NCBI GenBank assembly: GCA_016234365.1 | Contig: JACRER010000017.1 | Span: 8,052 to 72,051, forward strand | DNA from: Elusimicrobiota bacterium | GTDB lineage: Bacteria; Elusimicrobiota; Elusimicrobia; Elusimicrobiales; UBA9959 | Reading direction: 5' to 3' | DNA length: 64,000 nucleotides | Shown here: in pieces, positions 15,625-28,466 of the stretch | Layout of the letters: each line of letters starts with the position of its first letter | Numbering within the stretch: position 1 is the stretch's first letter | The notes under the pieces: model-generated | What the model saw: the letters and a program-made list of their open reading frames with translations, nothing else | The model's database searches: none | Told to the model about the DNA's origin: nothing | Program-made: the position numbers and the translations under genes

Positions 15625-17165
15625 TTGCGAATCCCTCCCAGGGAAATTTTAACGTCGGCCGGCGGCGGGGCCGCCTGGCGCTGTGAAAGCTGTATGTAGT
15701 TGCCAACCGCGGGCATGGCGCGCCTGAGGAAAGGGTTGGGATACACTCCTATGAGGAGTATGAAAACCAAAATAGGCAGCAGGTACGCCCACTCCCGGAA
15801 GCTCAGGTCCGGCAGTATCTTGTTCTCCGTGTGGCGCAGCGGGCCGAAGACGGCCTGCTGGTACATGCCCAGCATATAGACCGCGGAAAGGATCACGCCC
15901 GCCACCGCGAAGCCGGTAAGCCACGGATACACGCGGAAAGCGCCGAACAGCACCAGCACCTCGCCGATAAAGCCGTTGAGGCCCGGCATGCCCACGGAAG
16001 AAAGCGTCACTATCATGAAGACCGCGGCAAAGCCCGGCATCACTTTGGCCAGGCCGCCGTAATCCTCGGTAATGCGCGTGTGGCGGCGCTCGTAGAGCAC
16101 GCCCACCAGGAGGAACAGCGCGCCCGTGGACAGCCCGTGGTTCACCATCTGCAGCACCGCGCCGGCCACGGCGGCAGGTTCGAAAGCCATGATGCCCAGC
16201 ATTACGGTGCCAAGGTGCGCCACCGAAGAGTAGGCCACCAACTTCTTCATGTCGCGCTGGGTCCAGGCTACCAGCGAGCCGTAAATTATGCCCACCACGC
16301 CCAGTCCCGCCAGCCACGGCGCGAACGTATGCGCCGCCTGCGGGAACAGCGGCACCGCCAGCCGCAGGTAGCCGTACACGCCCATCTTCAGCAGCACGCC
16401 GGCCAGCAGCACGGAGCCCGCCGTCGGGGCTTCCACATGCGCGTCCGGCAGCCAGGTATGGAACGGGAACAGCGGCACCTTCACCGCGAAGGCCAGGCCG
16501 AAGGCCGCGAACAGCCAGAACTGCGCCTGTTCGGTAAGGGCCCCGCCGTAAAGCGCCGGGATGGAGAAGGTCCAGACTCCGGTAGCGGCGTGCTGCGCGG
16601 CCACCACCCAGAGTATGGCGGCCAGCATCAGTACGGAGCCGGCCATGGTGTAGAGGAAGAACTTGAGCGCGGCGTAAACGCGGCGCGGGCCGCCCCAGAT
16701 GCCGATGAGGAAATACATCGGGATCAGCATGGCTTCCCAGAAGAGGTAGAACACGAACAGGTCCAGCGCCGCGAAGACGCCTATCATCGCCGCTTCCAGG
16801 AAAAGCAGGCAGGCGTAGTACGCGCGCTCGCTTTCCTTTATGTAGTTGAACGAGGCCAGTACGGAAATTGGCATCAGGAAAGCCGTCAGCGCTATCATCA
16901 GCAGGCTGATGCCGTCTATGCCCAGCTGGTAGTGTATCCCGTAGACTGGCAGCCACGAGAGGTCCAGCGAAAACTGCATGGCGGCATTGGCGGCGTCGAA
17001 GCCGGTCCAGAGGCGGATGGCGGCCAGCAGCGTGAGCAGCGTGCCGGCGAGCGCGTAGTGCTTGGTCCTGCCGCGCGGGCAGAGAAATACGCCAAGCCCC
17101 CATACGGCGGGCAGCAGTATGGCCTGGGAGAGGGGCGTTCCTAACAGGGTGGTAAGCAGTTCCAT
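15621..17165 (-). CDS. nuoM: NADH-quinone oxidoreductase subunit M.
   Basis: 514 aa, ND4-like (FPFHTWLPDAHVEAPTAGSVLLAGVLLKMG). Confidence 0.95.
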   Translation of the reverse strand: MELLTTLLGTPLSQAILLPAVWGLGVFLCPRGRTKHYALAGTLLTLLAAIRLWTGFDAANAAMQFSLDLSWLPVYGIHYQLGIDGISLLMIALTAFLMPISVLASFNYIKESERAYYACLLFLEAAMIGVFAALDLFVFYLFWEAMLIPMYFLIGIWGGPRRVYAALKFFLYTMAGSVLMLAAILWVVAAQHAATGVWTFSIPALYGGALTEQAQFWLFAAFGLAFAVKVPLFPFHTWLPDAHVEAPTAGSVLLAGVLLKMGVYGYLRLAVPLFPQAAHTFAPWLAGLGVVGIIYGSLVAWTQRDMKKLVAYSSVAHLGTVMLGIMAFEPAAVAGAVLQMVNHGLSTGALFLLVGVLYERRHTRITEDYGGLAKVMPGFAAVFMIVTLSSVGMPGLNGFIGEVLVLFGAFRVYPWLTGFAVAGVILSAVYMLGMYQQAVFGPLRHTENKILPDLSFREWAYLLPILVFILLIGVYPNPFLRRAMPAVGNYIQLSQRQAAPPPADVKISLGGIRK

Positions 17166-19057
<1,892 letters not shown>

Positions 19058-19058
<1 letters not shown>

Positions 19059-19348
19059 CAGCCTTTCAGCTCCTTGATATTGCCCGGGTCCAGCGTACGG
19101 AACGCCGAGGCGAGCGAAAGTATCAGCGCCAGGCCCACGCCGGCCTCGGCGGCGGCTATGGCGAAGAGCATTACCGCGTAGCCTTGAGAAACCGCGCCGG
19201 GGCCCAGCGCCACCAGCGCCAGGTTGGCCGCGTTAAGCATCAGCTCCAAAAACATCAGCATACGCACCAGACTGCCGCAGGTCAGAAAGCCCGCCGCGGC
19301 GGCGGCGAACAGGATAAAGCTGATACCGGCCAGATCGAAGTGCGTCAT
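19058..19348 (-). CDS. nuoK: NADH-quinone oxidoreductase subunit K.
   Basis: Trimmed to ATG 19348 (96 aa, MTHFDLAGISFILF...); the upstream part of the track ORF is Arg/Pro junk. ATGA overlap with the nuoJ stop. Conserved Glu in LELMLNAANL and AAAEAGVGLA. Confidence 0.9.
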
Positions 19349-19839
19349 GCGCGCCTCCTGGCGGTCAGGGTGACCGCGGCCACTATGGAGGCCAGGATGA
19401 CCAGCGACAGCAGTTCGAACTGGAAAACAAAAGGCCCGAACAGCAGGCGGGCCAGCCCCAGGGTGCCGGTTTCGGCGAATTCTTTGGAAGCGCACACGGC
19501 GCGCAGCGGCCCGGCCACCTTCAGCAACTCCGCCAGCAGCACGGCGGCCGCGGCCAGGCCCAGCACGCCCCTGAAACTGGCCGGCGCAGGCTTGTCGCGC
19601 CAGGCCGCGGGCAGGGCGGTCAGGGCTACTATGAAAAGCGTCATTATCGCCCCGGCGTACAGGATCACCTGCAGGATGGCCAGCAGCTGCGCGCTGAGCG
19701 CCAGGTAGACTACGGCGGTGCAGAGCAGGACGGCCAGCATCAGCAGCGCCGCCTTCACGGCGTCCCGCTGGAAGATCATCAGGACGGTGGCCGCGATGGC
19801 CAATCCGCCAAAAAGGTAAATTGCCAGGTCGAGTATCAC
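19345..19839 (-). CDS. nuoJ: NADH-quinone oxidoreductase subunit J.
   Basis: 164-aa membrane protein between nuoI and nuoK, ND6-like (ILYAGAIMTLFIV). Confidence 0.9.
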   Translation of the reverse strand: MILDLAIYLFGGLAIAATVLMIFQRDAVKAALLMLAVLLCTAVVYLALSAQLLAILQVILYAGAIMTLFIVALTALPAAWRDKPAPASFRGVLGLAAAAVLLAELLKVAGPLRAVCASKEFAETGTLGLARLLFGPFVFQFELLSLVILASIVAAVTLTARRRA

Positions 19840-20396
19840 GCTTCCCCCCTGGACTTCATGTGTTCGTTGGCGAGCCGGTTCGCGGCCCCTTTATCCGACG
19901 GGTCGCCGGGCAGGGTCATTAAAAGGTCTTCCTTGGTCAGCTTCAGCTGGGCGCGGCTCAGCGCGCCGCCGGGTATCTCCAGAGTGTCCATGGCTATGGC
20001 GTCCTCAGGGCAGGCCTCCACGCACATGCCGCACATCACGCAACGCGACAGGTCTATATCGAAAACGGCGGGGGACTTCTCCACCGGGTTGTCGGGATAC
20101 TCCGCGGCCTCTATCCTGATGCAGTAGGCGGGGCAGGCGGTCTGGCACATGAAGCAGGCCACGCATTTTGGCGTGCCGTCGGCGCGCAGTTTCAGGCGGT
20201 GGCGCGTGCGCTCTTTGGCGGCGTGCGGCAGGGGCAGTTTTTGCTCCGGGTACTGCACGGTGGGCATACCTTTGGGATTAAAAAGATTCACGAAGAAATG
20301 GCGCGACGTGACCAGCAGGCCGCGAACTATCTCCGGGAGGTAGATCCTCTCCAGGAAATTAAGCGGCCGGTTGTCGACTTTTTTTACGCTTATCAT
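19836..20396 (-). CDS. nuoI: NADH-quinone oxidoreductase subunit I (2x[4Fe-4S]).
   Basis: CVACFMCQTACP and CVMCGMCVEACP ferredoxin motifs. Confidence 0.94.
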   Translation of the reverse strand: MISVKKVDNRPLNFLERIYLPEIVRGLLVTSRHFFVNLFNPKGMPTVQYPEQKLPLPHAAKERTRHRLKLRADGTPKCVACFMCQTACPAYCIRIEAAEYPDNPVEKSPAVFDIDLSRCVMCGMCVEACPEDAIAMDTLEIPGGALSRAQLKLTKEDLLMTLPGDPSDKGAANRLANEHMKSRGEA

Positions 20397-21511
20397 ATCT
20401 TTCCTAAGAACAGCAGCACCGCGCCGGTCAGCAGGATGTTAAGCAGCGCCAGCGGCAGCAGCCGCTTCCAGCACAGGCCCATCAGCTGGTCGAAGCGGAA
20501 GCGGGGCAGCGACCAACGGATGACCAGCAGCAGCCACGAGAAAGCGACTGTCTTGGCCGCGAAGGCCCCGGTCTGCAGCGCCGCGATAAGGTAATGGTTC
20601 AGCGGGAACTGCGCGCCGCCGGGCAGGATAAAGCCGCTTTCATAGAGGTAGGGCACCTGCCAGCCGCCGAAGAAAAGCGTGGCTGACAGCATGGAGACCA
20701 GGATGATCTCCACGAACTCGGAGAACATGAAGGCCGCGAAGCGCATGGAACTGTATTCCATGAAGTAACCGATGATCTCGGATTCCCCCTCTACCAGGTC
20801 GAAGGGCGTGCGCTTGTTCTCGGCTATCGCCGCTACGAAAAAAAGGATGAAGGCGAACGGCTGCACTACCACGCCCCAGGCCGGCAGCCAGCCGAACAGC
20901 AGGCGGCCCTGCGCGCGCACCAGGTCCTGCAGGCTGGCCGTGCCGAAGATCATTAAAAGCCCGACGAGGGTGAGGCCCAGCACCACTTCGTAGGACACCA
21001 TCTGCGCGGCGCCGCGCAGGGCGCCCAGCAGCGCGAAGTTGCTCCGGGAGGCCCAGCCGCCCAGGAACACGCCGTAGATGGCTATGCCCGACAGCGCCAG
21101 CACCAGGAACAGGCTCAGCGGTATTTCCGCTATCACCAGGTCCAGCTGGTAACCGAAGACCATTACGTAGTCGCCGAAAGGGATCACCGCGAACAGCGCC
21201 AGCACCGGCACCAGCGCGAAGAACGGCGCCAGCGTGAACAGCAGCTTGTCTGCCCGGCCCGGCACGAAGTCTTCCTTAAGGATCATTTTGATGCCGTCGG
21301 CCGCCGGGTGGAAGAGGCCGTTGAAGGCGAAGCCGAAGACGGAGGCCCGGTTGGGGCCGATGCGGTCCTGCATCAGGGCGCTGACCTTGCGCTCGGCCAG
21401 CGTCAGCAGGCCCGCGAAGCCCATAATGGCGTTAAGGAAAACGCCGATCTTGAGCACGGCGGCGCCGGTAAAGAGCAGCATGTCCTTGTTGGCTTCCAAT
21501 AATTCCATCAT
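20393..21511 (-). CDS. nuoH: NADH-quinone oxidoreductase subunit H.
   Basis: 372 aa, ND1-like (RKVSALMQDRIGPN, AENKRTPFDLVEGESE). Confidence 0.95.
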   Translation of the reverse strand: MMELLEANKDMLLFTGAAVLKIGVFLNAIMGFAGLLTLAERKVSALMQDRIGPNRASVFGFAFNGLFHPAADGIKMILKEDFVPGRADKLLFTLAPFFALVPVLALFAVIPFGDYVMVFGYQLDLVIAEIPLSLFLVLALSGIAIYGVFLGGWASRSNFALLGALRGAAQMVSYEVVLGLTLVGLLMIFGTASLQDLVRAQGRLLFGWLPAWGVVVQPFAFILFFVAAIAENKRTPFDLVEGESEIIGYFMEYSSMRFAAFMFSEFVEIILVSMLSATLFFGGWQVPYLYESGFILPGGAQFPLNHYLIAALQTGAFAAKTVAFSWLLLVIRWSLPRFRFDQLMGLCWKRLLPLALLNILLTGAVLLFLGKI

Positions 21512-21515
21512 CTCG

Positions 21516-22982
21516 TTAAATACCTTTCAAAGCGTCTTGCGCCGATTCAAGCCGCAGCGAACCGCCGCTGTAGGCCGAAAGTTTGCCGATCACGGCCCAG
21601 AGCGGCTTCACGCCCTCTGCGGCGGCCGCCGTCGGCTCCGTCCGGCGTTCCAGTCCCTGGAAGTTGATGAAAGTGCCGGGCGTTTCGAAATAGGAAGCGT
21701 AGGGCAGCGTGGCGTAGGCGCCGGCCGGGATCTCGGAACGGTTCATGGCGAAAACTATCAGCCGCGCCCCTCCCGCTTTAAGTTCTTCTTTCAGCAGGCC
21801 GGCGGCACGGGCTTCAGCTACCAGCACCTTTATCTCTCCCGAGGCCACCTTGGCGGAGAGTTCCTTGAACGAGAGCCCGCCCGCGGCGGCTTTTACTTTG
21901 CGCGCGCCGGCGGCGTTAGGGGCAGGGTCCTTATTGATGAGGATGCCGTCCTTTATGCCCTGTTCGGGGTCGAAATCGAAAGAGTAGTTCTTTGTCTTAA
22001 GGCCGTCCTTGGCGAAGCGGGCAAGGGCGGCGTTGTCTTCCACGGAAAGCCAGGGCGAGCCCAGCACGGCCGCCGCTTCGTGGTGCTCGTCTATGCGGCT
22101 GGCGGCCTCGCGCAGGGCCGGCTCCAGGTCGATCAGGCCGTTCTTTATGACGCCCTTCTTAAGGCGGTCCCCCGCCTGGGCCGCCTTGTAAGCCATGCGG
22201 CCCGGATCGCAGAGCCAGGTGTTGGTGTCGGCGTTGGGGCGCGGCATGATGCGGTAAATGACGCCTTCGTTGTGGTGGATCTCCGTCAGGCAGCCGGTGG
22301 CGCAGCCCAGGCAGACGCCCGGAGTCTTTTTGAGGAACCAGACCCTTTGTTTAAAGCGGAAATCGCGGGAGGTCCAGGCTCCTACGGGGCAGATGTCCGC
22401 TATGTTGAGCGAATAATCGTTATCCAGCGCCCGGCCTTCCTTGGCGTCTATGAAGGAGTGGTCGGCGCGCTCCATCACTTCCAGCTCGCTGGTCTTGGTG
22501 ACCTCGGAGCAGAAACGCACGCAGCGGGTGCAGAGGATGCAGCGCTCGTTGTCCAGCACCAGGTGCGGGCCCATGACGCGGCGCTTCTCCCGGCGTACCT
22601 TGTCGGCCTGCGCAAAGCGGCTTTTGGCGCGGCTGTAGTCCATGTAGTAGTCCTGCAGGCCGCATTCCCCCGCCTGGTCGCAGATGGGGCAGTCCAGCGG
22701 GTGGTTTATGAGCAGGAACTCCAGCACGTCGCGGCGCGCGGCTTTCACCTTGTCGGTGGCGGTGTGCACCACCATGCCGTCGGCGGCTTCGGTGGAGCAG
22801 GCGGTCATCAGTTTGGGGGCTTTCTCCACTTCCACCAGGCACATGCGGCAGTTGCCGGAAATGGAAAGTTTAGGATGGTAGCAGTAGCGCGGGATATGGA
22901 CGCCCAGCTGCTGCGCCGCCGTAAGTACCGTGGTCCCTTTGGCGACTTCCAGCGTTTTGCCGTCTATGGTTATTTTCGGCAT
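21516..22982 (-). CDS. nuoG: NADH-quinone oxidoreductase subunit G (short, 488 aa).
   Basis: Trimmed to ATG 22982 ([13 protein letters not shown]), with a TGATG overlap on the nuoF stop. 2Fe-2S and 4Fe-4S motifs: CYHPKLSISGNCRMCLV, HPLDCPICDQAGEC, CILCTRCVRFC, CPVGA. Confidence 0.92.
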   Translation of the reverse strand: MPKITIDGKTLEVAKGTTVLTAAQQLGVHIPRYCYHPKLSISGNCRMCLVEVEKAPKLMTACSTEAADGMVVHTATDKVKAARRDVLEFLLINHPLDCPICDQAGECGLQDYYMDYSRAKSRFAQADKVRREKRRVMGPHLVLDNERCILCTRCVRFCSEVTKTSELEVMERADHSFIDAKEGRALDNDYSLNIADICPVGAWTSRDFRFKQRVWFLKKTPGVCLGCATGCLTEIHHNEGVIYRIMPRPNADTNTWLCDPGRMAYKAAQAGDRLKKGVIKNGLIDLEPALREAASRIDEHHEAAAVLGSPWLSVEDNAALARFAKDGLKTKNYSFDFDPEQGIKDGILINKDPAPNAAGARKVKAAAGGLSFKELSAKVASGEIKVLVAEARAAGLLKEELKAGGARLIVFAMNRSEIPAGAYATLPYASYFETPGTFINFQGLERRTEPTAAAAEGVKPLWAVIGKLSAYSGGSLRLESAQDALKGI

Positions 22983-24247
22983 CAGTGTTTCCCCGCGGGT
23001 TCCGGCGGGCAGCAGCGCCCGGCCGCGTGCGCCTCGAATTCGGCGCGGAATTTTTTCACAAAGCTCAGGACCGGCATCGCCATCGCGTCGGCCAGCGGGC
23101 AGATGGTGCGGCCCTTCATGCCGTCGGCCACGGAGCATAGGAGGTCTATGTCGGCCGCGCTGCCCCGGCCTTCTTCCAGCCGGTCCAGGATCTTCTCTAT
23201 CCAACCGCAGCCCTCGCGGCAGGGCGTGCACTGGCCGCAGGATTCGTGGTGGTAGAAGCGGGCCAGCACCTGCAGCAGTTTTACCATGCACTGCGTCTCG
23301 TCGATGATTATCACGGCGCCCGAGCCCAGCATGGAACCGGCTGCGGCGAGCGCCTCGTAGTCCAGCGCCACAGCCATGGCTTCGGCGGCGGTCAGCACGG
23401 GCACGGAGGAACCGCCCGGGATGACGGCTTTCAGCTTTTTCCCCTCTTTAAGGCCGCCGCAATGTTTCTCGAGCAGTTCGCGGAAGGCAACGCCGAGGGG
23501 CAGTTCGTAGACCCCCGGCTTGTTTACGGGGCCGCTGACGCAGAAAAGTTTTGTGCCGGCGCTCTTGGGCGTGCCGATGGCGGCGTACCAGGCGCCGCCT
23601 TTCTCTATTATCGTCGGGACCGCGGCCAGGGTCTCCACGTTGTTGATGACCGTGGGAGAGGCGAACAGGCCCTTTACCGCCGGGAAAGGCGGTTTCAGGC
23701 GCGGCTGGCCTTTGAAGCCTTCCAGGGATTCCAGCAGGGCGGTCTCTTCGCCGCAGATGTAGGCGCCGGCCCCGCGGTGTACCGAGAGTTCGAAATCGAA
23801 GCCGGAGCCCAGGAGGTTCGCGCCTATCAGGCCGCGGCCCCGCGCGTCGGCGATGGCTTCTTCCAGCAGTCTGGCCTCGGCCGCGAACTCGCCGCGGATG
23901 TAGATGTAGCCGCGGGAGGCGCCGATGGCGTAGCCCGCTATGGCCATGCCTTCTATCAGCGCATGCGGGTTCTTAAGGATGACTTCACGGTCCTTGAAAG
24001 TGCCGGGTTCGCCTTCGTCGGCGTTGCAGACTATGTAGCGCGGTCCCTGCCCGTCCTTGGGAATGAAAGACCACTTCAGGCCGGTGGGAAAGCCTGCCCC
24101 GCCGCGCCCCCGCAGGCCGGACTTCTTCACTTCCTCTATCAGGTCGGCCGGCGTCATGCCGAGCGCCTTCTTAAGCGGTTTGTAGCCGCCGGCGGCGAAG
24201 TAGCCGTCCAGTCCGGCCACCTTATCTTTGAGAAGGATATTTTCCAT
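22982..24247 (-). CDS. nuoF: NADH-quinone oxidoreductase subunit F.
   Basis: 421 aa. FMN/NADH site [18 protein letters not shown]; N3 cluster [12 protein letters not shown]. Confidence 0.96.
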   Translation of the reverse strand: MENILLKDKVAGLDGYFAAGGYKPLKKALGMTPADLIEEVKKSGLRGRGGAGFPTGLKWSFIPKDGQGPRYIVCNADEGEPGTFKDREVILKNPHALIEGMAIAGYAIGASRGYIYIRGEFAAEARLLEEAIADARGRGLIGANLLGSGFDFELSVHRGAGAYICGEETALLESLEGFKGQPRLKPPFPAVKGLFASPTVINNVETLAAVPTIIEKGGAWYAAIGTPKSAGTKLFCVSGPVNKPGVYELPLGVAFRELLEKHCGGLKEGKKLKAVIPGGSSVPVLTAAEAMAVALDYEALAAAGSMLGSGAVIIIDETQCMVKLLQVLARFYHHESCGQCTPCREGCGWIEKILDRLEEGRGSAADIDLLCSVADGMKGRTICPLADAMAMPVLSFVKKFRAEFEAHAAGRCCPPEPAGKH

Positions 24248-24265
24248 TGCTATGCAGGTGCCGTA

Positions 24266-24765
24266 TCAACGGGCCATGCCCCTCAGACGGCCATGCCTCA
24301 TATCTTCCAGCAAATCGTCCAGTTTCTTTTCATCCAGCTTTTCAAAATAGTCTTCGTTCACCTGCATCACCGGGGCGGCGCCGCAGGCGCCCAGGCATTC
24401 CACGGAGGACAGGGTGAACAGGCCGTCCTTGGTGGTCTCCCCTTCCTCGATGGCGAGTTTTTCGCGCAGGCGGGCCAGCAGGCCCGGCGCGCCGGCCATG
24501 TGGCAGGAGATATTGCGGCAGACCTGCAGGTGGTACTTGCCGACGGGGGCGCGGTTGAACATGGTGTAGAACGTGACCACCGCTTTGACCCGGGCGTACG
24601 GCAGGCCCAGGTAGGCGGCCAGCGCGTCCATGGCTTCTTCCGCCATGAAACCGCGGTCCTTCTGCAGTTCCTGAAGCAGCGGGATCAGCGCCGCGTCCGG
24701 GCGCGGGTAGCCGGCGCGGAGCTTGTCCGCCTTGGCCTTGAATTCGTTGGTGAGCGTGAAAGCCA

Positions 24766-24766
<1 letters not shown>
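24266..24766 (-). CDS. nuoE: NADH-quinone oxidoreductase subunit E.
   Basis: Trimmed to ATG 24766 (MAFTLTNEF..., 166 aa), with a TGATG overlap on nuoD. 2Fe-2S ligands CRNISCHM ... ECLGACGAAP. Confidence 0.92.
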
Positions 24767-25975
<1,209 letters not shown>

Positions 25976-25983
<8 letters not shown>

Positions 25984-26449
25984 GGTGCTGGATCCTCGGC
26001 TGGCGCTTTTTGAGCGGGTAGTCCTTGCGCAGCGGGTGGCCCTCGAAGCCGTCGTACATCAGGATGCGGCGCAGGTCCGGGTGGCCTTCGAACTTTATGC
26101 CGAACATGTCCCAGACTTCGCGCTCGAACCAGTTGGCGCCGGCCCACAGCGGCGTCAGGGAGGCTACTGACGGGGCGTTCCCCTCCACCGGGCATTTCAG
26201 GCGCAGGCGGTAATTGTGTCTGGAGGAGTAAAAATGGCAGACCAGCTCGAAGCGAGGCTCGCGCGGCAGATAGTCCACGGCGGTCAGGTCCATCAGGAAA
26301 TCGAACCCGAGGCTGTCGCGCAGGAAGGCCGCTACTTCCGGCAGGGCCTCCTTCTTTACCATTACGGTCTCGTCCCCGCGGAAAGCGTGGGTTTCCAGCA
26401 CGTGCTGCGGGAATTTGGACTTAACCGTTTCCAGGAGGTAGCTGGTCAT
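25976..26449 (-). CDS. nuoC: NADH-quinone oxidoreductase subunit C.
   Basis: Trimmed to ATG 26449 (MTSYLLETVK..., 157 aa), with an ATGA overlap on the nuoB stop. ANWFEREVWDMFGIKFEGHPDLRRIL. Confidence 0.92.
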
Positions 26450-26931
26450 TTGTACTTCCTGTCCAGCACCGATTCCCTGTCCACTTTCTGCTGCAGCTTT
26501 ACCAGCGCGTCCAGCACGGCTTCCGGCCGCGGCGGGCAGCCGGGGATGTAGATGTCCACGGGGATGATCTTGTCTATGCCCTGTACGGTGGCGTAATTGT
26601 CGTAGAAGCCGCCGGAGGTGGCGCAGACGCCGAAGGAAACCACCCACTTGGGCTCGCACATCTGGTCGTAGACCCGGCGCAGCACCGGCGCCAGCTTCTC
26701 GTTGACGGTCCCCACCACGAACAGCACGTCGGCCTGGCGCGGCGAGAAGCGCGGGTATTCCGCGCCGAAGCGCGCGATGTCGTAGGTGGAGGCGAACGCC
26801 GACATGAATTCCATGCCGCAGCAGGCCGTGACGAAGGGATAATTAAAGAAGGAATACTTGCGGGCCCAGTTGACGGCCGCGTCGAGGCGCGTGGTCAGGT
26901 AGGAATGGCCGAAGGAGGTTTCTAGTCCCAT
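26446..26931 (-). CDS. nuoB: NADH-quinone oxidoreductase subunit B.
   Basis: Trimmed to ATG 26931 (MGLETSFGH..., 161 aa). N2 cluster ligands ACCGMEF, GVCATSGG, IPGCPPRPE. Overlaps the nuoA stop by 10 nt. Confidence 0.93.
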   Translation of the reverse strand: MGLETSFGHSYLTTRLDAAVNWARKYSFFNYPFVTACCGMEFMSAFASTYDIARFGAEYPRFSPRQADVLFVVGTVNEKLAPVLRRVYDQMCEPKWVVSFGVCATSGGFYDNYATVQGIDKIIPVDIYIPGCPPRPEAVLDALVKLQQKVDRESVLDRKYK

Positions 26932-27275
26932 TCTAGGGCTCCTTTCTTCACGGCGTAGACCAGCGCCGTGAAAAGGACCGCGAGAAAGACGGTCATGGCG
27001 TAGAACGCCCCCCGCCCGAGCTCGCCGAAAGAGACCGCCCAGGGGTAGAGGAAGACTATCTCTATGTCGAACATCACGAACAGCACCGCGACCAGGTAGA
27101 AATTCACGCGCGCCATGCCGCGGGAGTCCATGGCCGGCGGCATACCGCACTCGAAAGGTTCCTGCTTGACCGGGGATCTCTTCTTGGGCCCGAAGAGCAC
27201 GGAGAAAAGGGTCATCCCGGCGGCCACGGAAAGGCCGAAACCGGCGGTGAGTATGATAGCCAGGTATTGACGCAT
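26922..27275 (-). CDS. nuoA: NADH-quinone oxidoreductase subunit A.
   Basis: 117 aa, 3 TM helices. EPFECGMPP and FDIEIVFLYPWAV motifs. Confidence 0.93.
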   Translation of the reverse strand: MRQYLAIILTAGFGLSVAAGMTLFSVLFGPKKRSPVKQEPFECGMPPAMDSRGMARVNFYLVAVLFVMFDIEIVFLYPWAVSFGELGRGAFYAMTVFLAVLFTALVYAVKKGALEWD

Positions 27276-27346
27276 CTAAGGGGAATTCTACAAAATAATT
27301 TCCGGCGGGGTAAGCGCTAAAGCCCCGGGTCTTTCCGGGGCGGTTC

Positions 27347-27688
27347 TTAATGTGGGTTTTTCCCGGCCGCCAGACCGCACTTCCCGGCGAAGGCCGCGAG
27401 CTGTCCGGCGGTAAGTCCCAGGCCGAGCACGCCGTCAAGGCGGGCGGAAAGCTTGCCGCCTTTAAAGTAGAGAACGGTCGGGACCACCTCTATGGAAAAA
27501 AGGTCTTCCAGTTCAGGCAGGTCATCGGTACAGACCTTCAAGAAGGCCGCCGGCGCCGCCGCGGCCAGCTTCTCGAAGTCAGGCAGGAACGAAAGGCAGA
27601 AAGGGCAATAGCCGGAGTAGAAGAGCGCGAACCTCCCTCCCTCGGCTATTTCCGCGTTGAAGGTTTTCCGGTCTGAGATCTGGTTCAT
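27347..27688 (-). CDS. Thioredoxin-fold protein (CPFC active-site-like motif).
   Basis: 113 aa. FALFYSGYCPFCLSFLPDFEKL followed by EVVPTVLYFKGGK, a Trx-like pattern. Confidence 0.7.
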   Translation of the reverse strand: MNQISDRKTFNAEIAEGGRFALFYSGYCPFCLSFLPDFEKLAAAAPAAFLKVCTDDLPELEDLFSIEVVPTVLYFKGGKLSARLDGVLGLGLTAGQLAAFAGKCGLAAGKNPH

Positions 27689-27715
27689 TTATATTAATCC
27701 CTTTAATTTCCCGGT

Positions 27716-28366
27716 TCACCGCACCGGGATCAATACGGTAACGCCCGCTTTACCCTCGGGAGTTTTAAGGAAATCCCCGCGGCCGCCAAGTTCCCAGCAG
27801 CCGTCGCTGCACCCGTAGCGGGCGCCGCCTACGTCGGTAACTATTTCTATGTGGCCGTGCACGTCGTTGGCGGTGCCGTAGGCGAACTGGCGCCCAGGTC
27901 CGTAGACAAGGATAGCCCCCGCAGGAAGTTCCTCGTAGCTGTCGGGGGTCGGGATTATCTTCACGCCGAAGGCGCGGGCCCTGGCGGCGTCCTCTTTGGC
28001 CCAGACCGCGAACTGGAAAGCGCTGGGGTCGGGTACGCTGGCTTCGTAAGGAAAGCCGGCGGCCATCAGGTCCTTCCAGACCCAGGCGTAGCACTTGCCT
28101 TTAAGGCCGTAGTCGAGCCGCTCCGCGGCGATGGCCGCCAGGCGGGCGGCCTTTTCAGCGTCCAGGTCGGCCATAGCCGCCGCGTCTTTAAAGCCTGCCT
28201 CTAGGCCGCCGGGCAGGCGGTTGACCGGCACCGGTGCGGCCTGGGCGAGCGCTATGTCCCCGGAATCTATGACGGCAGAACCGGAAAGGAGTTCTTTGAA
28301 AGCGGACTGGGCGTGGGCGCCGGAGGCGGCGAAAGAAAGGATAAGCAGTGCGGTCAGAGTTTTCAT
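27716..28366 (-). CDS. Secreted hypothetical protein, possibly a papain-fold (CHAP / NlpC-P60-like) hydrolase.
   Basis: Trimmed to ATG 28366 (MKTLTALLILSFAASGAHAQ signal peptide). Candidate nucleophile GKCYAWVWKDL and candidate His in NDVHGHIEIVTD, in the Cys-then-His order of CHAP/NlpC-P60 enzymes. The functional call is inference only. Confidence 0.45.
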   Translation of the reverse strand: MKTLTALLILSFAASGAHAQSAFKELLSGSAVIDSGDIALAQAAPVPVNRLPGGLEAGFKDAAAMADLDAEKAARLAAIAAERLDYGLKGKCYAWVWKDLMAAGFPYEASVPDPSAFQFAVWAKEDAARARAFGVKIIPTPDSYEELPAGAILVYGPGRQFAYGTANDVHGHIEIVTDVGGARYGCSDGCWELGGRGDFLKTPEGKAGVTVLIPVR

Positions 28367-28466
28367 GGCGGCTCCCGTGGTCATGATAGGTTGTACCATG
28401 CCGGTTGACGGAAATCAACTTACTTTGGGCCCAGGCCGGAGTAGGCCTAATGGCCCCGGGGAGCGT

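Noticed and set aside
15649-17103. 484-aa same-strand alternative frame inside nuoM. Likewise 33320-33955 inside the GT2 gene, 17986-18591 inside nuoL and 57008-57589 inside the MFS gene.
   Set aside because: The translations are Arg/Pro/Gly-rich with no membrane-protein character. The overlapping frame encodes the expected conserved protein.
21516-22982. Short (488-aa) NuoG as a possible truncation or pseudogene.
   Set aside because: All Fe-S binding motifs are intact. The reading frame is clean and translationally coupled to nuoF and nuoH. Short NuoG forms are known, so this is not treated as a pseudogene.
26446-27438. N-terminal extensions of the track ORFs for nuoB, nuoC, nuoE, nuoG and nuoK, and the 275-aa version of the 29054 ORF.
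   Set aside because: The extensions overlap the preceding gene in another frame and are Arg/Pro-rich. Internal ATGs give the canonical N-termini and create ATGA/TGATG stop-start overlaps. The starts were trimmed accordingly.
28367-28466. GGCC-rich small hairpins in the 100-nt spacer between the pentapeptide gene and the secreted-hydrolase gene.
   Set aside because: The stems are short (4-5 bp) and self-complementary GGCC motifs are expected by chance at this GC content. There is no clear terminator or known RNA motif.
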